Of a stretch of DNA of 64,000 nucleotides, positions 1-10,244 are shown piece after piece. Below the pieces are notes generated by a model. That model saw only the letters and a list, made by a program, of their open reading frames with translations. It was not told where the DNA came from and did not search any database. The position numbers were made by a program, and so were the translations under genes. Within the stretch, counting starts at the first letter, position 1; each line of letters starts with the position of its first letter. The stretch is from Candidatus Omnitrophota bacterium (GTDB lineage Bacteria > Omnitrophota > Gorgyraeia > Zapsychrales > Fredricksoniimonadaceae), in NCBI GenBank assembly GCA_903901225.1, contig CAIUQE010000001.1:2563-66562 (forward strand), written 5' to 3'.

Positions 1-840
1 CGGCAATGAATACCCCCAGGGATCTTTCTGGTAGACAGGCACAAAATACCGGTCCACAAGGTCGAGCAAAGGAATAACGTTATACCGCGGCAGGCCTGTG
101 ACCTTGTGCAGGTACATGACCAGCACTTCCAGCGGCAGGTTACCCGCCCCGCGCCCCATGCCAAAGATGGTGGCATCAACGATATGAACCCCCTGGTCGA
201 TCGCCGCAAGCGTATTGGCAAACCCCAGTTGAAGATTATTATGCGGATGATACCCAAGCTTCTGCCTTGTTTTTCTCAACGCTTCAACAATGCGCGGGAT
301 ATCGGAAGGAAAAAGCGAGCCATAGCTGTCCGCAAAATAAAGATAATCCAGCGCCGCCGCCTTAAGGACCCCATTCAATTCCTTGAAATCTTTATCGGCA
401 TAATCGTTGATCCCCATCAACTGCAGTGTGACCTGGTAGCCTTTACGCTTTAACCGGGCAATATCACGGATGCCGCTTTTCACATCTTTCTTATGCACCG
501 CCAGGCGGTACATGCGCACAAGGCTGTCCCGGGCCGAAGGAATATCCGCGACGTCGAACTTCCCCCCATCCAGCATCAACGCAACCGGGACCCCGGGGAT
601 ATCGGCCACAACCTTCCGCAAAGTTGCCTCGGAAACACATATCCAGGGATTTTGGCTGCCGGCCATCAAGGTGTTGCGAAAGCCGAGCTCAATAAAATCA
701 GCACCGGACTTTGAAACGTTGCGGTACACTTCCCGCACCATGGGCACATCAAAAGCCCAATCATTCACATACCCGCCGTCACGGATCGTGCAATCCAGTA
801 CCTGAACCCTGGATAATTTTGTACCCCTGGTCTTATGCAT
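1..840 (-). CDS. DRE-TIM metallolyase, 4-hydroxy-2-oxovalerate aldolase-like (3' end runs off the window)
   Basis: Not in the ORF track. Manual translation from ATG at 840 gives MHKTRGTKLSRVQVLDCTIRDGGYVNDWAF...LGYHPHNNLQLGFANT...GMGRGAGNLPLE...WGYSLP, the typical DRE-TIM HOA-like motifs. Confidence 0.85.
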   Translation of the reverse strand, partial: MHKTRGTKLSRVQVLDCTIRDGGYVNDWAFDVPMVREVYRNVSKSGADFIELGFRNTLMAGSQNPWICVSEATLRKVVADIPGVPVALMLDGGKFDVADIPSARDSLVRMYRLAVHKKDVKSGIRDIARLKRKGYQVTLQLMGINDYADKDFKELNGVLKAAALDYLYFADSYGSLFPSDIPRIVEALRKTRQKLGYHPHNNLQLGFANTLAAIDQGVHIVDATIFGMGRGAGNLPLEVLVMYLHKVTGLPRYNVIPLLDLVDRYFVPVYQKDPWGYSLP

Positions 841-1516
841 GGGCTGGGACCATCCTTTGATAAACAGCCAGAGAACTGATAACACCCAGTGAGCGAGGGT
901 CCTCGTAAGCGGGCCTCAAATATTTTGCCAGCACGAATCCATGGCGGCGGAATTCACATTCCCAGAAGCGCGAGTACGCGTGATCCTGATTGTCTTCATT
1001 CAGCATGATCACATACCCTTCAGACAAGGCACACATATGCTTAACAATATCAAATGAAGGATGGACCAGGGATATACTGGCGCCTCCGGAGTAAACCAAA
1101 CTGAACTTCTTGCCTTCCTTGAGAAGTTTTGGCAAAACATCCTCATAGCTTCCCGTTACAAACTCGATCCCGGCAAGGTCGAACTTCTTCTTGCCATATT
1201 CAATGGCATTGGCACAGATATCAACACCCGTCAATTTTTTATATCCCTTGCCTTTCAATAATGAAAGGTCGCGTCCGCAATTGCAGCCAAGATCAAGTAT
1301 GCCCTTATCAAAAGAAACCCTCGCAAGGATCTCCAGCACGAAAACATCGTCACGGATCCCTTTGTCATGATCATACTGGTCATACCCGTGCTGTGTGCCG
1401 CGATCCTGGCGCTTCCAGTGCTTGCGCTGGGTGAACCTGAAAGGGGAAAGTTTAAAGAACCATTTTGGGCAAAATGTCAAAAAACAACGCCGGATATAAT
1501 TAAGGTCTAGGCTCAT
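833..1516 (-). CDS. Class I SAM-dependent methyltransferase
   Basis: Motif I ILDLGCNCG and TGVDI; overlaps both neighbouring genes. Confidence 0.85.
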   Translation of the reverse strand: MSLDLNYIRRCFLTFCPKWFFKLSPFRFTQRKHWKRQDRGTQHGYDQYDHDKGIRDDVFVLEILARVSFDKGILDLGCNCGRDLSLLKGKGYKKLTGVDICANAIEYGKKKFDLAGIEFVTGSYEDVLPKLLKEGKKFSLVYSGGASISLVHPSFDIVKHMCALSEGYVIMLNEDNQDHAYSRFWECEFRRHGFVLAKYLRPAYEDPRSLGVISSLAVYQRMVPAHA

Positions 1517-3339
1517 GTCCTGTCATCTCCATCCGAAACATCGCCAGCATGTTTCATTGTGTTGTACAAACGCCAGTAAGCGCCCTGCCTTTGCATGAGC
1601 TCGGCGTGCGTCCCCGCCTCCTGGATCACCCCCTGATCAAGGACAATGATCCTGTCCGCCCCCATGATCGTCGAAAGCCGGTGAGCGATCATGATCACCG
1701 TATGCCCTCTTGAGATCCTGTTGATGGCTTCCTGTACCAGTTTTTGTGAAATATTATCCAGCGAACTTGTGGCCTCATCAAGGATCAAGACCTCAGGTTT
1801 GCGCAGCAAGGCCCGGGCAATGGCAATACGCTGACGCTGGCCCACAGAAAGCCGTACCCCCCGGTCACCCACCACGGTATCATAACCCTCGGGAAGTTCC
1901 GCAATGAAATCATGCGCATTCGCCATCCTGGCCACATCCATGATCGCTTCACGGGCCGCGCCTTCAACGCCAAAAGAAATATTGTCAGCGATCGAGCCAT
2001 GGAAAATGAACGTGTCCTGGCTCACGACCCCTACCCTGGAAAGCCAGGTATCGATCTTGATATCATTCAAAGGTATCCCATCAATGAAGATCCCGCCCTC
2101 GGGGACCTGATATAAACGCAGCATCAAGTCCGCGATCGTTGATTTGCCGGAACCCGAGGCCCCGACAATGGCCACAGCCTTGCCCTTTTCAACGTCAAAT
2201 GACAGGTCGTTGAATAACCGGTCTCTGCCAGGATAGGCAAAGGCAACGTACCGGAACGATATTCCCTTATCAAATCCCTTAAGTTCAATATGCCCATCCT
2301 TAACAATCTGTGGTTCATTCAAAATACCGTAAAGGATCTCAAGTACGGGAAGAAGACCGGAAAAGGATATCCTTTGTGAACCAAGCAGGTTGAAGGACGG
2401 GATGATCTTTTGTATGGCATAACCAAAGATCGCAACAACAGGAAGAATAGTGACAAAACTTTCCGCGTGATAGACCTTAAGAATAACGAGGACGACCGCC
2501 ATGACAGCAACAACAAAGAACTCCATGACGCATGGCGGCGCCAGAAGCCATATACTGTCCCGGATCTCCAACCTGGAATATTTAAGGACAGCGCACCAGA
2601 ACTTTTTTACCCAGGATCCCGCGGCCGAAAAAAGCATGATCTGTTTGATCCCCGAAAAAGCTTCTGCGGACAACTCATTCTGACGCTGCAGCTCATCAAC
2701 CTTGTCCCTGCCAATATGGTAAGAAACCTTTGTCGCAACGACCTTTGTAATAAAGTAATAAACGACCGCCAGAACAATAATGAACCCCGTGACCATGGGG
2801 GAAATAAAGAACAGCATCACAATGACCGAAAGGATCTTAAGCCCGTTCACCAGGATCCTGGGGATATAGTCCAATACCGTCGACGCCTCAAGGGGAACCG
2901 TCATCACCCTGTGCATCAACCAGCCATGCTTGTGGGCGACAAAAAAAGAATAATCAGCGCCCAGGAATTTCTTGAAAACCCTGTCATGAAAATCCCGTTT
3001 GGTCCTCGAAGAAAGATAAAAACCCGTGAATTGATGCAGAAATGAAAAGACTGCCTTAACGAAATTGCTCATGATAAGCAGAACGCATGTCAAAACGAAT
3101 ATATCCTTGACCGGGAATATCCTGGCGACAAATGCCAGCGCTTTATAAACTTTATCCGGCGTGCCCGACTTGGCAATCGCTTGTGATGTTTGATTAAAAA
3201 GCGTATACAACAGGGCAATGCTGGCGCTTTCCATGACGGCAAAGATCAGCATGGCCAGGAATGTGATGGCGACGTAACTTTTGTACGGCTTCCAAAAAAA
3301 CAGGATCATCTCGAGATTGGATGCTTTTGCCCCTTTCAT
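1513..3339 (-). CDS. ABC transporter permease/ATP-binding protein (MsbA/PglK-like glycan flippase)
   Basis: N-terminal TM domain, Walker A GASGSGKS, signature LSVGQRQR, Walker B ILDEATS; glycan-cluster context. Confidence 0.9.
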   Translation of the reverse strand: MKGAKASNLEMILFFWKPYKSYVAITFLAMLIFAVMESASIALLYTLFNQTSQAIAKSGTPDKVYKALAFVARIFPVKDIFVLTCVLLIMSNFVKAVFSFLHQFTGFYLSSRTKRDFHDRVFKKFLGADYSFFVAHKHGWLMHRVMTVPLEASTVLDYIPRILVNGLKILSVIVMLFFISPMVTGFIIVLAVVYYFITKVVATKVSYHIGRDKVDELQRQNELSAEAFSGIKQIMLFSAAGSWVKKFWCAVLKYSRLEIRDSIWLLAPPCVMEFFVVAVMAVVLVILKVYHAESFVTILPVVAIFGYAIQKIIPSFNLLGSQRISFSGLLPVLEILYGILNEPQIVKDGHIELKGFDKGISFRYVAFAYPGRDRLFNDLSFDVEKGKAVAIVGASGSGKSTIADLMLRLYQVPEGGIFIDGIPLNDIKIDTWLSRVGVVSQDTFIFHGSIADNISFGVEGAAREAIMDVARMANAHDFIAELPEGYDTVVGDRGVRLSVGQRQRIAIARALLRKPEVLILDEATSSLDNISQKLVQEAINRISRGHTVIMIAHRLSTIMGADRIIVLDQGVIQEAGTHAELMQRQGAYWRLYNTMKHAGDVSDGDDRT

Positions 3340-4955
3340 TCTGCCTTTCCGCCAGCGATATAAGTTGAAGACTTGCGCACCGCCGCATACATCCTAAAAA
3401 TATGGGTCTCGAACGGGAATCGATAAAATGAGTGTTTCACGCGCCATTTTGCGAGCCAATGGCCTATTCTGATAAAAAAACGCAATTTCGAACTTTTCAA
3501 TCTTTCGTCAACACGCGTCAATGTGCCGCGACACATATTTCCAGGCACAGCCAAGGGAATGTAAAAAAAGAATGCGTCCTTGATTAATTTATCGAGTGAC
3601 TTTCTTCTCCAGGGGTAATTTTGATAACCGCTTCCATCGTATGCCGTATCAAAAACACCCCACTCTTTCAAACTATCAGGGACCTTCAGCCCTCGCTCAA
3701 GCGCATCGCGATACATCGAAGTCCCCGGGAAGGGAATATAAAATGAAACAGGCAAGGAAAAATTAGGGTTAATCCTCTTAAGATCTACGGCCAATTTAAT
3801 ACTTTCATGCACCTGCTTTATATCTTCTAATCGCGGCAACCCAAAAAGAAAATTGAAAGAAGCTTCTATATCATAATTCTTGAGTATACGGGCCGACTCC
3901 AGCGTTTCTTCCACCCGGATCTTCTTATTAATGTAATCCAACACCTCTTGTGACCCGCTCTCTGAGCCGATATTGACCCGAAAACAGCCGCTATCGCGGA
4001 CCAATTTGAAAAGCCCCCTTTTTTCATACCGCAGAATATCATCCACATGCATTTGAGCATCCCATGCGAAACGAATGCCCTTCTCAAGTATCAACAGACA
4101 AAACCGCTCAACACGATTCACATTAACAAAAAAGTTCGCATCCATAAAACCAATGGAATTAAATCCCTTTTCTTCCACCAGAAATTTTATTTGGTCAACG
4201 ACTTTCTCGATAGGATATCCATAAGATCTCCGTTTAAAAAGAATATCGTTACAACAATAAGCACAAGAGTGCGGGCACCCAAAACTGGTTACATAATAAA
4301 GATATCCGGTTATGTTTAAGCCATCAATCACAGGCTTAGGGCGAAGGCGCAAAGAGGCGAGCCTGTAATATTCCAAATCCAGCAATTCGAACGCAGGCAA
4401 GGACGCCACATCCATTTTACCGTTTTGTTCATCTTTGGTTTTTACGATTTTCCCGTCACATTTGAAATAAACACCAGGTAAAGATGAAAAGTCACGTTCT
4501 TGCCGGCTGATCGCTTCCACAAGATTCAAAAAAGTATTCTGTCCGATGCCTTTGAGGATAATATCAACATTCGGATCTTTAATGGACTCCTCAGGAAGGA
4601 TCGAAACATGCCACCCACCCCAGACAATCGGGATTTCGGGGCATACCTCCTTGATCTTCCGGGAGAAGGCTATGCCTGCGGTTATTTCATTGCTTGTCAA
4701 TGCTGACACACCCACACACAACACCTGATCCAGCAAAGGCTGGATCATTTGATAGATATCCTCAATGGAATGACGTTGATCAATAATTTTTACCGTATAA
4801 CCGGCATCTCTGAGCGGTGCGGCAACCGATATCAACGACAATGGTATTAATGAAACTCGACTTTGAGATAGGGAAACGTCTTCCTTATAGGGCCACCCCT
4901 TGAACAAGATCACAATATTTCGCTTCTGCTTATCCATATAACTCCCTTTGCTCAA
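3336..4955 (-). CDS. Cobalamin-binding radical SAM protein
   Basis: N-terminal B12-binding domain (PLSLISVAAPL...VWGGWHVS), CPHSCAYC, GSESGS, PFPGT. Confidence 0.9.
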   Translation of the reverse strand: MSKGSYMDKQKRNIVILFKGWPYKEDVSLSQSRVSLIPLSLISVAAPLRDAGYTVKIIDQRHSIEDIYQMIQPLLDQVLCVGVSALTSNEITAGIAFSRKIKEVCPEIPIVWGGWHVSILPEESIKDPNVDIILKGIGQNTFLNLVEAISRQERDFSSLPGVYFKCDGKIVKTKDEQNGKMDVASLPAFELLDLEYYRLASLRLRPKPVIDGLNITGYLYYVTSFGCPHSCAYCCNDILFKRRSYGYPIEKVVDQIKFLVEEKGFNSIGFMDANFFVNVNRVERFCLLILEKGIRFAWDAQMHVDDILRYEKRGLFKLVRDSGCFRVNIGSESGSQEVLDYINKKIRVEETLESARILKNYDIEASFNFLFGLPRLEDIKQVHESIKLAVDLKRINPNFSLPVSFYIPFPGTSMYRDALERGLKVPDSLKEWGVFDTAYDGSGYQNYPWRRKSLDKLIKDAFFFYIPLAVPGNMCRGTLTRVDERLKSSKLRFFIRIGHWLAKWRVKHSFYRFPFETHIFRMYAAVRKSSTYIAGGKAE

Positions 4956-5623
4956 ACCTTCTCAAGCCATTGCTCAAATCCAAAAAAAGACTCTACGCAC
5001 ATATCCGCGTCATATGCGTCATTGGCTACCACTTGCGCAAATGGACCACGCCTGATCCTGACCGTTCGCATCCCCAGCTTCTTAGCTGAAACAAAATCTT
5101 TGTGCGGATTGTCACCAACATAGACCATGTCTTTATAATCACATTTTAAATCTGCCGCCATCAATCTATACGAAACAGGATTTGGCTTATAACACGCCAC
5201 CCCCAACTCATGCGTATAAATGATCTTTGAGAAATACGGCTCAATTCCCAACGCCGTCACTTTGCTTTTCTGAACAACATCAAGCCCGTCAGTAATCATT
5301 CCAAGAGAGGACTTCATCTTCCCAAGACGATCCAATATGTATTTCGCATCCTCGAAAAGACAAATTTTCGGGGCATGCGCCCTGTACATGTCCACGAGAG
5401 ATGCGACTTCGCATAAACCTCCCAATTGAAAGCATTCAAGAAGACGTCCAAAAGTATTATCCCTGCCATAAACTGAGTATATTTTTAACAGGCACCTATA
5501 CACACTAGCAACCGGCTTTTGATAATGCCGCGCCACATAACACGCCACCTTCTTAAATCCACCCATTAAGAAGTCGCGCTCACGGTAAAGCGTATCATCA
5601 AGGTCAAAAATGACAGCCCGCAT
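4952..5623 (-). CDS. HAD-superfamily hydrolase
   Basis: IFDLDDTLY, KP and YVGDN..KD motifs. Confidence 0.9.
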   Translation of the reverse strand: MRAVIFDLDDTLYRERDFLMGGFKKVACYVARHYQKPVASVYRCLLKIYSVYGRDNTFGRLLECFQLGGLCEVASLVDMYRAHAPKICLFEDAKYILDRLGKMKSSLGMITDGLDVVQKSKVTALGIEPYFSKIIYTHELGVACYKPNPVSYRLMAADLKCDYKDMVYVGDNPHKDFVSAKKLGMRTVRIRRGPFAQVVANDAYDADMCVESFFGFEQWLEKV

Positions 5624-6599
5624 TCCTTGCGTCCTCTCTCAAAACCTGATCATCGGTTATAAAAATGTCGTCCGTATATCTCAACATGATCAGGCCCGGC
5701 CCATAGGAAAATCCAGCCAAATCCAACGGCTCTCCCTTGGCCATACGGATCATCCAGCAGGGGGTATCTAGCCCTGCCTTAATACCCAAGTTAGCCCCAC
5801 CGCCGATCCGTGGATTCATTTCAATAACATAAACTTTCCCGTCGACATGCCTCATACATTGGACCGTTAAATGTCCCGTCCCCCCAATATCTCTCACTAA
5901 ACATTCTGCAATAGAATTGATCTCCGGATCCTGAACTGTGCGCGTCTTATAAGATTCTCCCGCCACAACCTCGATCCTTTGGCGCACCACAGAACAGCAC
6001 TGGCCTGCATTGCCACAAAAGACATCCACCGTATACTCAATGCCCTGCAGGGCCTTTTGAATAACACAGGCACCGCCGCACCACGCTAAATACCCCGCCG
6101 CCTGATCACAAGAATCCACTCTGGCTGTTCGTATGCTGCCGCTGCCGCAACGAGGTTTTATAAACCATGGCAAAGGGACCTGGGATCTGTCGCCTGGCAA
6201 CCATGTTTCAGGCACCAGATATCCCTTATCTCGGCAGAATTTATAAAACTGGTACTTGTCCTGGCAGATTTCTACCGTTCGAAGCGGACTGACCATCACC
6301 ATAATTCCCGCTTGAGCAAGCGCTTCCCTGCCATCGGCAAACATTGCTAATTCACCATCACGCGTCGGGATGATCAAGCTGATATTTTCTTCCGAACACA
6401 ACTTCTTTAGGTGTTCCACCTGTTCTTGCCCTGGCGGGTATGGCCACAGACGTCCATGCGGCGCATAATATAAAGTTGCCGATAACGGGTCTTTATCTAA
6501 TACAAAAACGTGCCCACGGTCATCCAATCGTTTTAGTGCCGATTCAAAGGCCTTAACCAGCCATATTTTCCTTGAAGCACTGGTCAGCAATATGTTCAT
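5604..6599 (-). CDS. ATP-grasp protein (carbamoyl-phosphate synthase-like, polysaccharide-cluster type)
   Basis: MNILLTS, IIPTRD.EL, CQDKY, IKPR.GSGS, EYTVD, IEMNPRIGGG. Confidence 0.85.
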   Translation of the reverse strand: MNILLTSASRKIWLVKAFESALKRLDDRGHVFVLDKDPLSATLYYAPHGRLWPYPPGQEQVEHLKKLCSEENISLIIPTRDGELAMFADGREALAQAGIMVMVSPLRTVEICQDKYQFYKFCRDKGYLVPETWLPGDRSQVPLPWFIKPRCGSGSIRTARVDSCDQAAGYLAWCGGACVIQKALQGIEYTVDVFCGNAGQCCSVVRQRIEVVAGESYKTRTVQDPEINSIAECLVRDIGGTGHLTVQCMRHVDGKVYVIEMNPRIGGGANLGIKAGLDTPCWMIRMAKGEPLDLAGFSYGPGLIMLRYTDDIFITDDQVLREDARNAGCHF

Positions 6600-7528
6600 T
6601 ATGCCTTCCTGGCACGCGCAAAGATCATCACATTACGGCCAATGCCCATCTTCGCAAATGCTTGGTATAATCCACGCCGGTATGCCGGATCAAGCGAAGA
6701 TTCAAAAGCTATCCTTTTACGATGACATTCATTCCCTATATCAGGATTCCCAACATAGCTGTCGCCAAACAACAAGAAAAACTCCATCGGAAAATCTGTT
6801 GTGACATACACAGGGTCAAACCCTCGCACAGATAAATAATTCTGAAGTGTTTCCACACTAAAATAATTAAGATGATCCGGGACAGCCACCCACCACGGAT
6901 CTGCCTTCAGAGCCTTTTGTGCGTAATACTGCAAAGCATTAAAATCATTGGGGACCCTAATACATAACAACCCCTTCCCTGGCTTTAAAAATTCGGCTGC
7001 CTGAGAGATCACTTTATCCGGATCCTGAACATGCTCCAAAACACTCATGATGGTCACAACATCAAAAGACTTCTTCCATTTCTTGCAATCCCTTACCGCT
7101 TCAGCCAATGTCCCAGAAAAGATTTCGCCTCTCCGGGATCGAGGAAAATCCTTCTTCTTTTCGTACGGCTCAATCCCTGCGACATCAACCCCCTGGCGCG
7201 ACATATACCGGATCATTTCCCCTGTCCCGCAACCTATATCCAGGAGGCGAACCGTAGTCCTCTTAAAATTTTCCTGGATTACCGCCATAATATCTTTATA
7301 TAGATTTGCTTGAAGCCACTTTTTCTCCCGAATGGAATCTTTGTCCTTTTTCATTTGACGCCTTAATTCAGGTGCGCGCCCGCCTTTTTTTATCAACTCA
7401 TAGTAATCTTTCTTATAAAAAGTATCGAGCTCATCCAAGGTCGGTAACGGAGACAATTGGTAATGCCCACTGCTATTCCTTGTCACAGAATGCTTCTTCC
7501 CCTTAAAAACAGTCTTCTTATCAAACAT
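6599..7528 (-). CDS. Class I SAM-dependent methyltransferase
   Basis: LLDIGCGTG, VLEHVQDP, VPN, PDHLNYFS. Confidence 0.88.
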   Translation of the reverse strand: MFDKKTVFKGKKHSVTRNSSGHYQLSPLPTLDELDTFYKKDYYELIKKGGRAPELRRQMKKDKDSIREKKWLQANLYKDIMAVIQENFKRTTVRLLDIGCGTGEMIRYMSRQGVDVAGIEPYEKKKDFPRSRRGEIFSGTLAEAVRDCKKWKKSFDVVTIMSVLEHVQDPDKVISQAAEFLKPGKGLLCIRVPNDFNALQYYAQKALKADPWWVAVPDHLNYFSVETLQNYLSVRGFDPVYVTTDFPMEFFLLFGDSYVGNPDIGNECHRKRIAFESSLDPAYRRGLYQAFAKMGIGRNVMIFARARKA

Positions 7529-7549
7529 TTCGGCTCCTTAAGATTTCAA

Positions 7550-8605
7550 TTATTTTGAAAAGAAATGCTCCCATGTGAACCATTCATCGGCATTGATCGG
7601 CTGTGACAATCTATGCCCGCAAATCAACTCAAAATATTTTGGATGCAACCCCATTCCGGGGCGCTTTACAACAACGGCCTCCATGGTCACAACTTCACCT
7701 GCTCTTAAAGCATGTGCCGCAACCAAGCTGCGCCTTCCTATCTTATGATTCTCTAATTCCCCCGCCTGGATCTCTTTCCAACCATCCCCCAGCATGCTTT
7801 CGGTCAGGCGGACCGCCTTGACAAGACTTGCCAATTGCTGCGGGTCCATCGCAAATGGATGGTCCGGGCCAGCTGTTTTCCTGTCTAACGTAATGTGCTT
7901 CTCAATAACACACGCGCCCAAGGTACGCGCAATGACCGCGGCCATATTGTCCTCCGTATGATCAGACAAACCAACCGAACAATGAAATGCCTCTTTCAAC
8001 GTCAACAAACATCGAAGGTTCATCTCATCCTGACGCGCAGGGTAAGCGCTAACACAATGCAATAAAATAATATTTGAACAACCCGCCGATCTCAGCGTAT
8101 CCATAGCCAATTCAATATCTGCCAGGCCGGAATTCCCTGTCGCCAAAATAACCGGCTTCCCAGTCGTGGCTATTTTATTAAGCAATGGATAATGCGTCAG
8201 CTCAAAAGATGCCACCTTATAGAATGGCACCTCGACATCCTCTAAAACATCGACAAAAGACTCATCAAATGGCGTGGAACAAAATATAATACCCCGCTGG
8301 TCACAATGTTTCTTTAGCGGCGCATGCCATTCAACAGGCATTTGAATGCGCTTGATCAATGTATATGGCGTATCCTCCTCAAGGCTGCGGCCATTCATCT
8401 CCGAGCTGCGTGGCGTATAACGGGAATACAACCCATCCGCGGTATAAGACTGAAACTTAACAGCATCGCAGCCCGCTTGTTTAGCCACGTCAATTAAAGC
8501 GAGAGCGGCATCAAAGTCATTGTTGTGATTAGACCCGATTTCACCAATAATGAAACAAGGATGGCCATCGCCGACCATCCGACCGCCCAGCGATACCTCA
8601 CTCAT
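7550..8605 (-). CDS. neuB: N-acetylneuraminate/pseudaminate synthase family (NeuB/PseI/SpsE)
   Basis: IGEIGSNHN, DAVKFQ, STPFD, LLHCVSAYP, GLSDHT, IEKHITLD, GPDH; C-terminal SAF domain RRSLVA...KRPG.G. Confidence 0.92.
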   Translation of the reverse strand: MSEVSLGGRMVGDGHPCFIIGEIGSNHNNDFDAALALIDVAKQAGCDAVKFQSYTADGLYSRYTPRSSEMNGRSLEEDTPYTLIKRIQMPVEWHAPLKKHCDQRGIIFCSTPFDESFVDVLEDVEVPFYKVASFELTHYPLLNKIATTGKPVILATGNSGLADIELAMDTLRSAGCSNIILLHCVSAYPARQDEMNLRCLLTLKEAFHCSVGLSDHTEDNMAAVIARTLGACVIEKHITLDRKTAGPDHPFAMDPQQLASLVKAVRLTESMLGDGWKEIQAGELENHKIGRRSLVAAHALRAGEVVTMEAVVVKRPGMGLHPKYFELICGHRLSQPINADEWFTWEHFFSK

Positions 8606-9374
8606 AACGACAGCCTTTCTTTATCAAATTTATCAATACCGCTCTGTTTCTAAGAAAATCCCCTATGCCATTCTCAATGTTAAGCGGCGTCTCTAATGTT
8701 ACCGCGGCACCATCTTCCAGCAAAGAAACCATCTTTAATAATGGCATCTGCCCCTGACCCAAATCCATATGGGCATCTGTCTCCGAGCCCGGATCGCCAT
8801 CGGCGAGATGATAACCAATAGGGTTTAATCCAAAAAATGTCCCGAGAAACTCAAGGGGCTCCGCCTGCAACGATCTCGCTGCATGGACCGCGTGATTAAG
8901 GTCTAAAATAAACTTATTCAAATTGCAACACCTCATGATCTGCCGAATTTGCGCGACCGAATAACCAATGCACTCTTTGCCATTGATGCCACGCAATGGC
9001 TTATTCTCAAGCGCAACCCTTGGTTCATTTAACCCGCGCAATTGATCTATGGCCTCCTCGAGACAGCCTCCATTACCCCCATGGACAACAATATGCGAAG
9101 ATTTTAAACGGTCCGCGAACATTTGAGATTCATAAAAAAAATTACGATTCTCGCTCCTTAGCAAGGGATCAGCCAAATTAAAACCATGCCCGAAATGTGG
9201 CGCATGCAATACAACTGGGCCTCCCAATCCATGCCAATAAGCGCCACAGCCCGGCACTGTTCCTGGCACAACGTAAAGCTCAAGAAAATCTATTTCGCCA
9301 CGGCTAAAAGCCTGGCGCACATGTTCTGCCAAAGCTATATTCGTAGACCACAATTTCAAGCCGACCTTCAACAT
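8598..9374 (-). CDS. Xylose-isomerase/AP-endonuclease-2-like TIM-barrel metalloprotein
   Basis: HAPH, VHGG, LENKP, LDLNHA, YHLAD, DAH and TLET metal-ligand pattern. Confidence 0.7.
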   Translation of the reverse strand: MLKVGLKLWSTNIALAEHVRQAFSRGEIDFLELYVVPGTVPGCGAYWHGLGGPVVLHAPHFGHGFNLADPLLRSENRNFFYESQMFADRLKSSHIVVHGGNGGCLEEAIDQLRGLNEPRVALENKPLRGINGKECIGYSVAQIRQIMRCCNLNKFILDLNHAVHAARSLQAEPLEFLGTFFGLNPIGYHLADGDPGSETDAHMDLGQGQMPLLKMVSLLEDGAAVTLETPLNIENGIGDFLRNRAVLINLIKKGCRYE

Positions 9375-9377
9375 CTT

Positions 9378-10244
9378 TCAGAGCCCCTTGCCTGGGAACA
9401 TCATCTTCATATCTGCCAAGAACGCTTCCAGTGAGACCTTCTCTTTATTCTTATCAAGAATAAAATACTCGCCGCCTGATTGCACAATGGCATATTTCGG
9501 AGCATTCAATAACCCCGCACCGTACTTAACGTTTCCCTTTACCTTGACATCCCGATTTATAAGCGCAACTTCCGGATTATCATCTAAAAGCCTGTAAACG
9601 TCCGGCAAGGCCAGCGGCTCACCTTTATATAATTCTTTGTAAATAAATCTAATCACCTCAAGATCCTCGGCATAATCCAATGTGAGTCGATACTCTGTGC
9701 GGCAAAGCTCGGCGGGGATATCAATTCCCAGGATTTTATAATCACGCGCATTTTCCTTGATTGGCTGAGATATTGCAGGGCCACGATAAATCATGTGCGC
9801 CTTATTCATAGCCTGAAGGCTGATTAGCTCCCCCACCGTACCCTGCGCTATCGTCATATTAGCGACATACATGAAATCATAATATTCTCTTTGAAATATA
9901 CTGACGTACTCTGACAACGCGCCAATATCAAACAAAGGCATGTCACACGTGATACGCAATGCAGCGTCCGCCCCCTCCTTCTCAAGGATAGCCATGTGAC
10001 GCTCCAGAATATCTTCCTCGGCACCCATGTAATATTTCACACCCAGCCGCGCACACTCTTCAACCAAAGGTTTATTATTATGATTGGCCGATGTCGCCAG
10101 ATAAATCCCCGCGATCCCATCGACCTTTCTCATGCGTTCCACATGAAGGGCGAAAACGCTCTTGCCGCACACATCCAGCATCACTTTCCCCGGCAGCCTG
10201 TTCGACCCCATCCTGGCTGTAATCACACCAATAACCTTCCTCAT
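9378..10244 (-). CDS. SpsF-like cytidylyltransferase (CMP-nonulosonate synthetase family)
   Basis: ARMGSNRLPGKVM, G.EEDILER, RITCDMP, RLTLDYAEDL. Confidence 0.88.
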   Translation of the reverse strand: MRKVIGVITARMGSNRLPGKVMLDVCGKSVFALHVERMRKVDGIAGIYLATSANHNNKPLVEECARLGVKYYMGAEEDILERHMAILEKEGADAALRITCDMPLFDIGALSEYVSIFQREYYDFMYVANMTIAQGTVGELISLQAMNKAHMIYRGPAISQPIKENARDYKILGIDIPAELCRTEYRLTLDYAEDLEVIRFIYKELYKGEPLALPDVYRLLDDNPEVALINRDVKVKGNVKYGAGLLNAPKYAIVQSGGEYFILDKNKEKVSLEAFLADMKMMFPGKGL

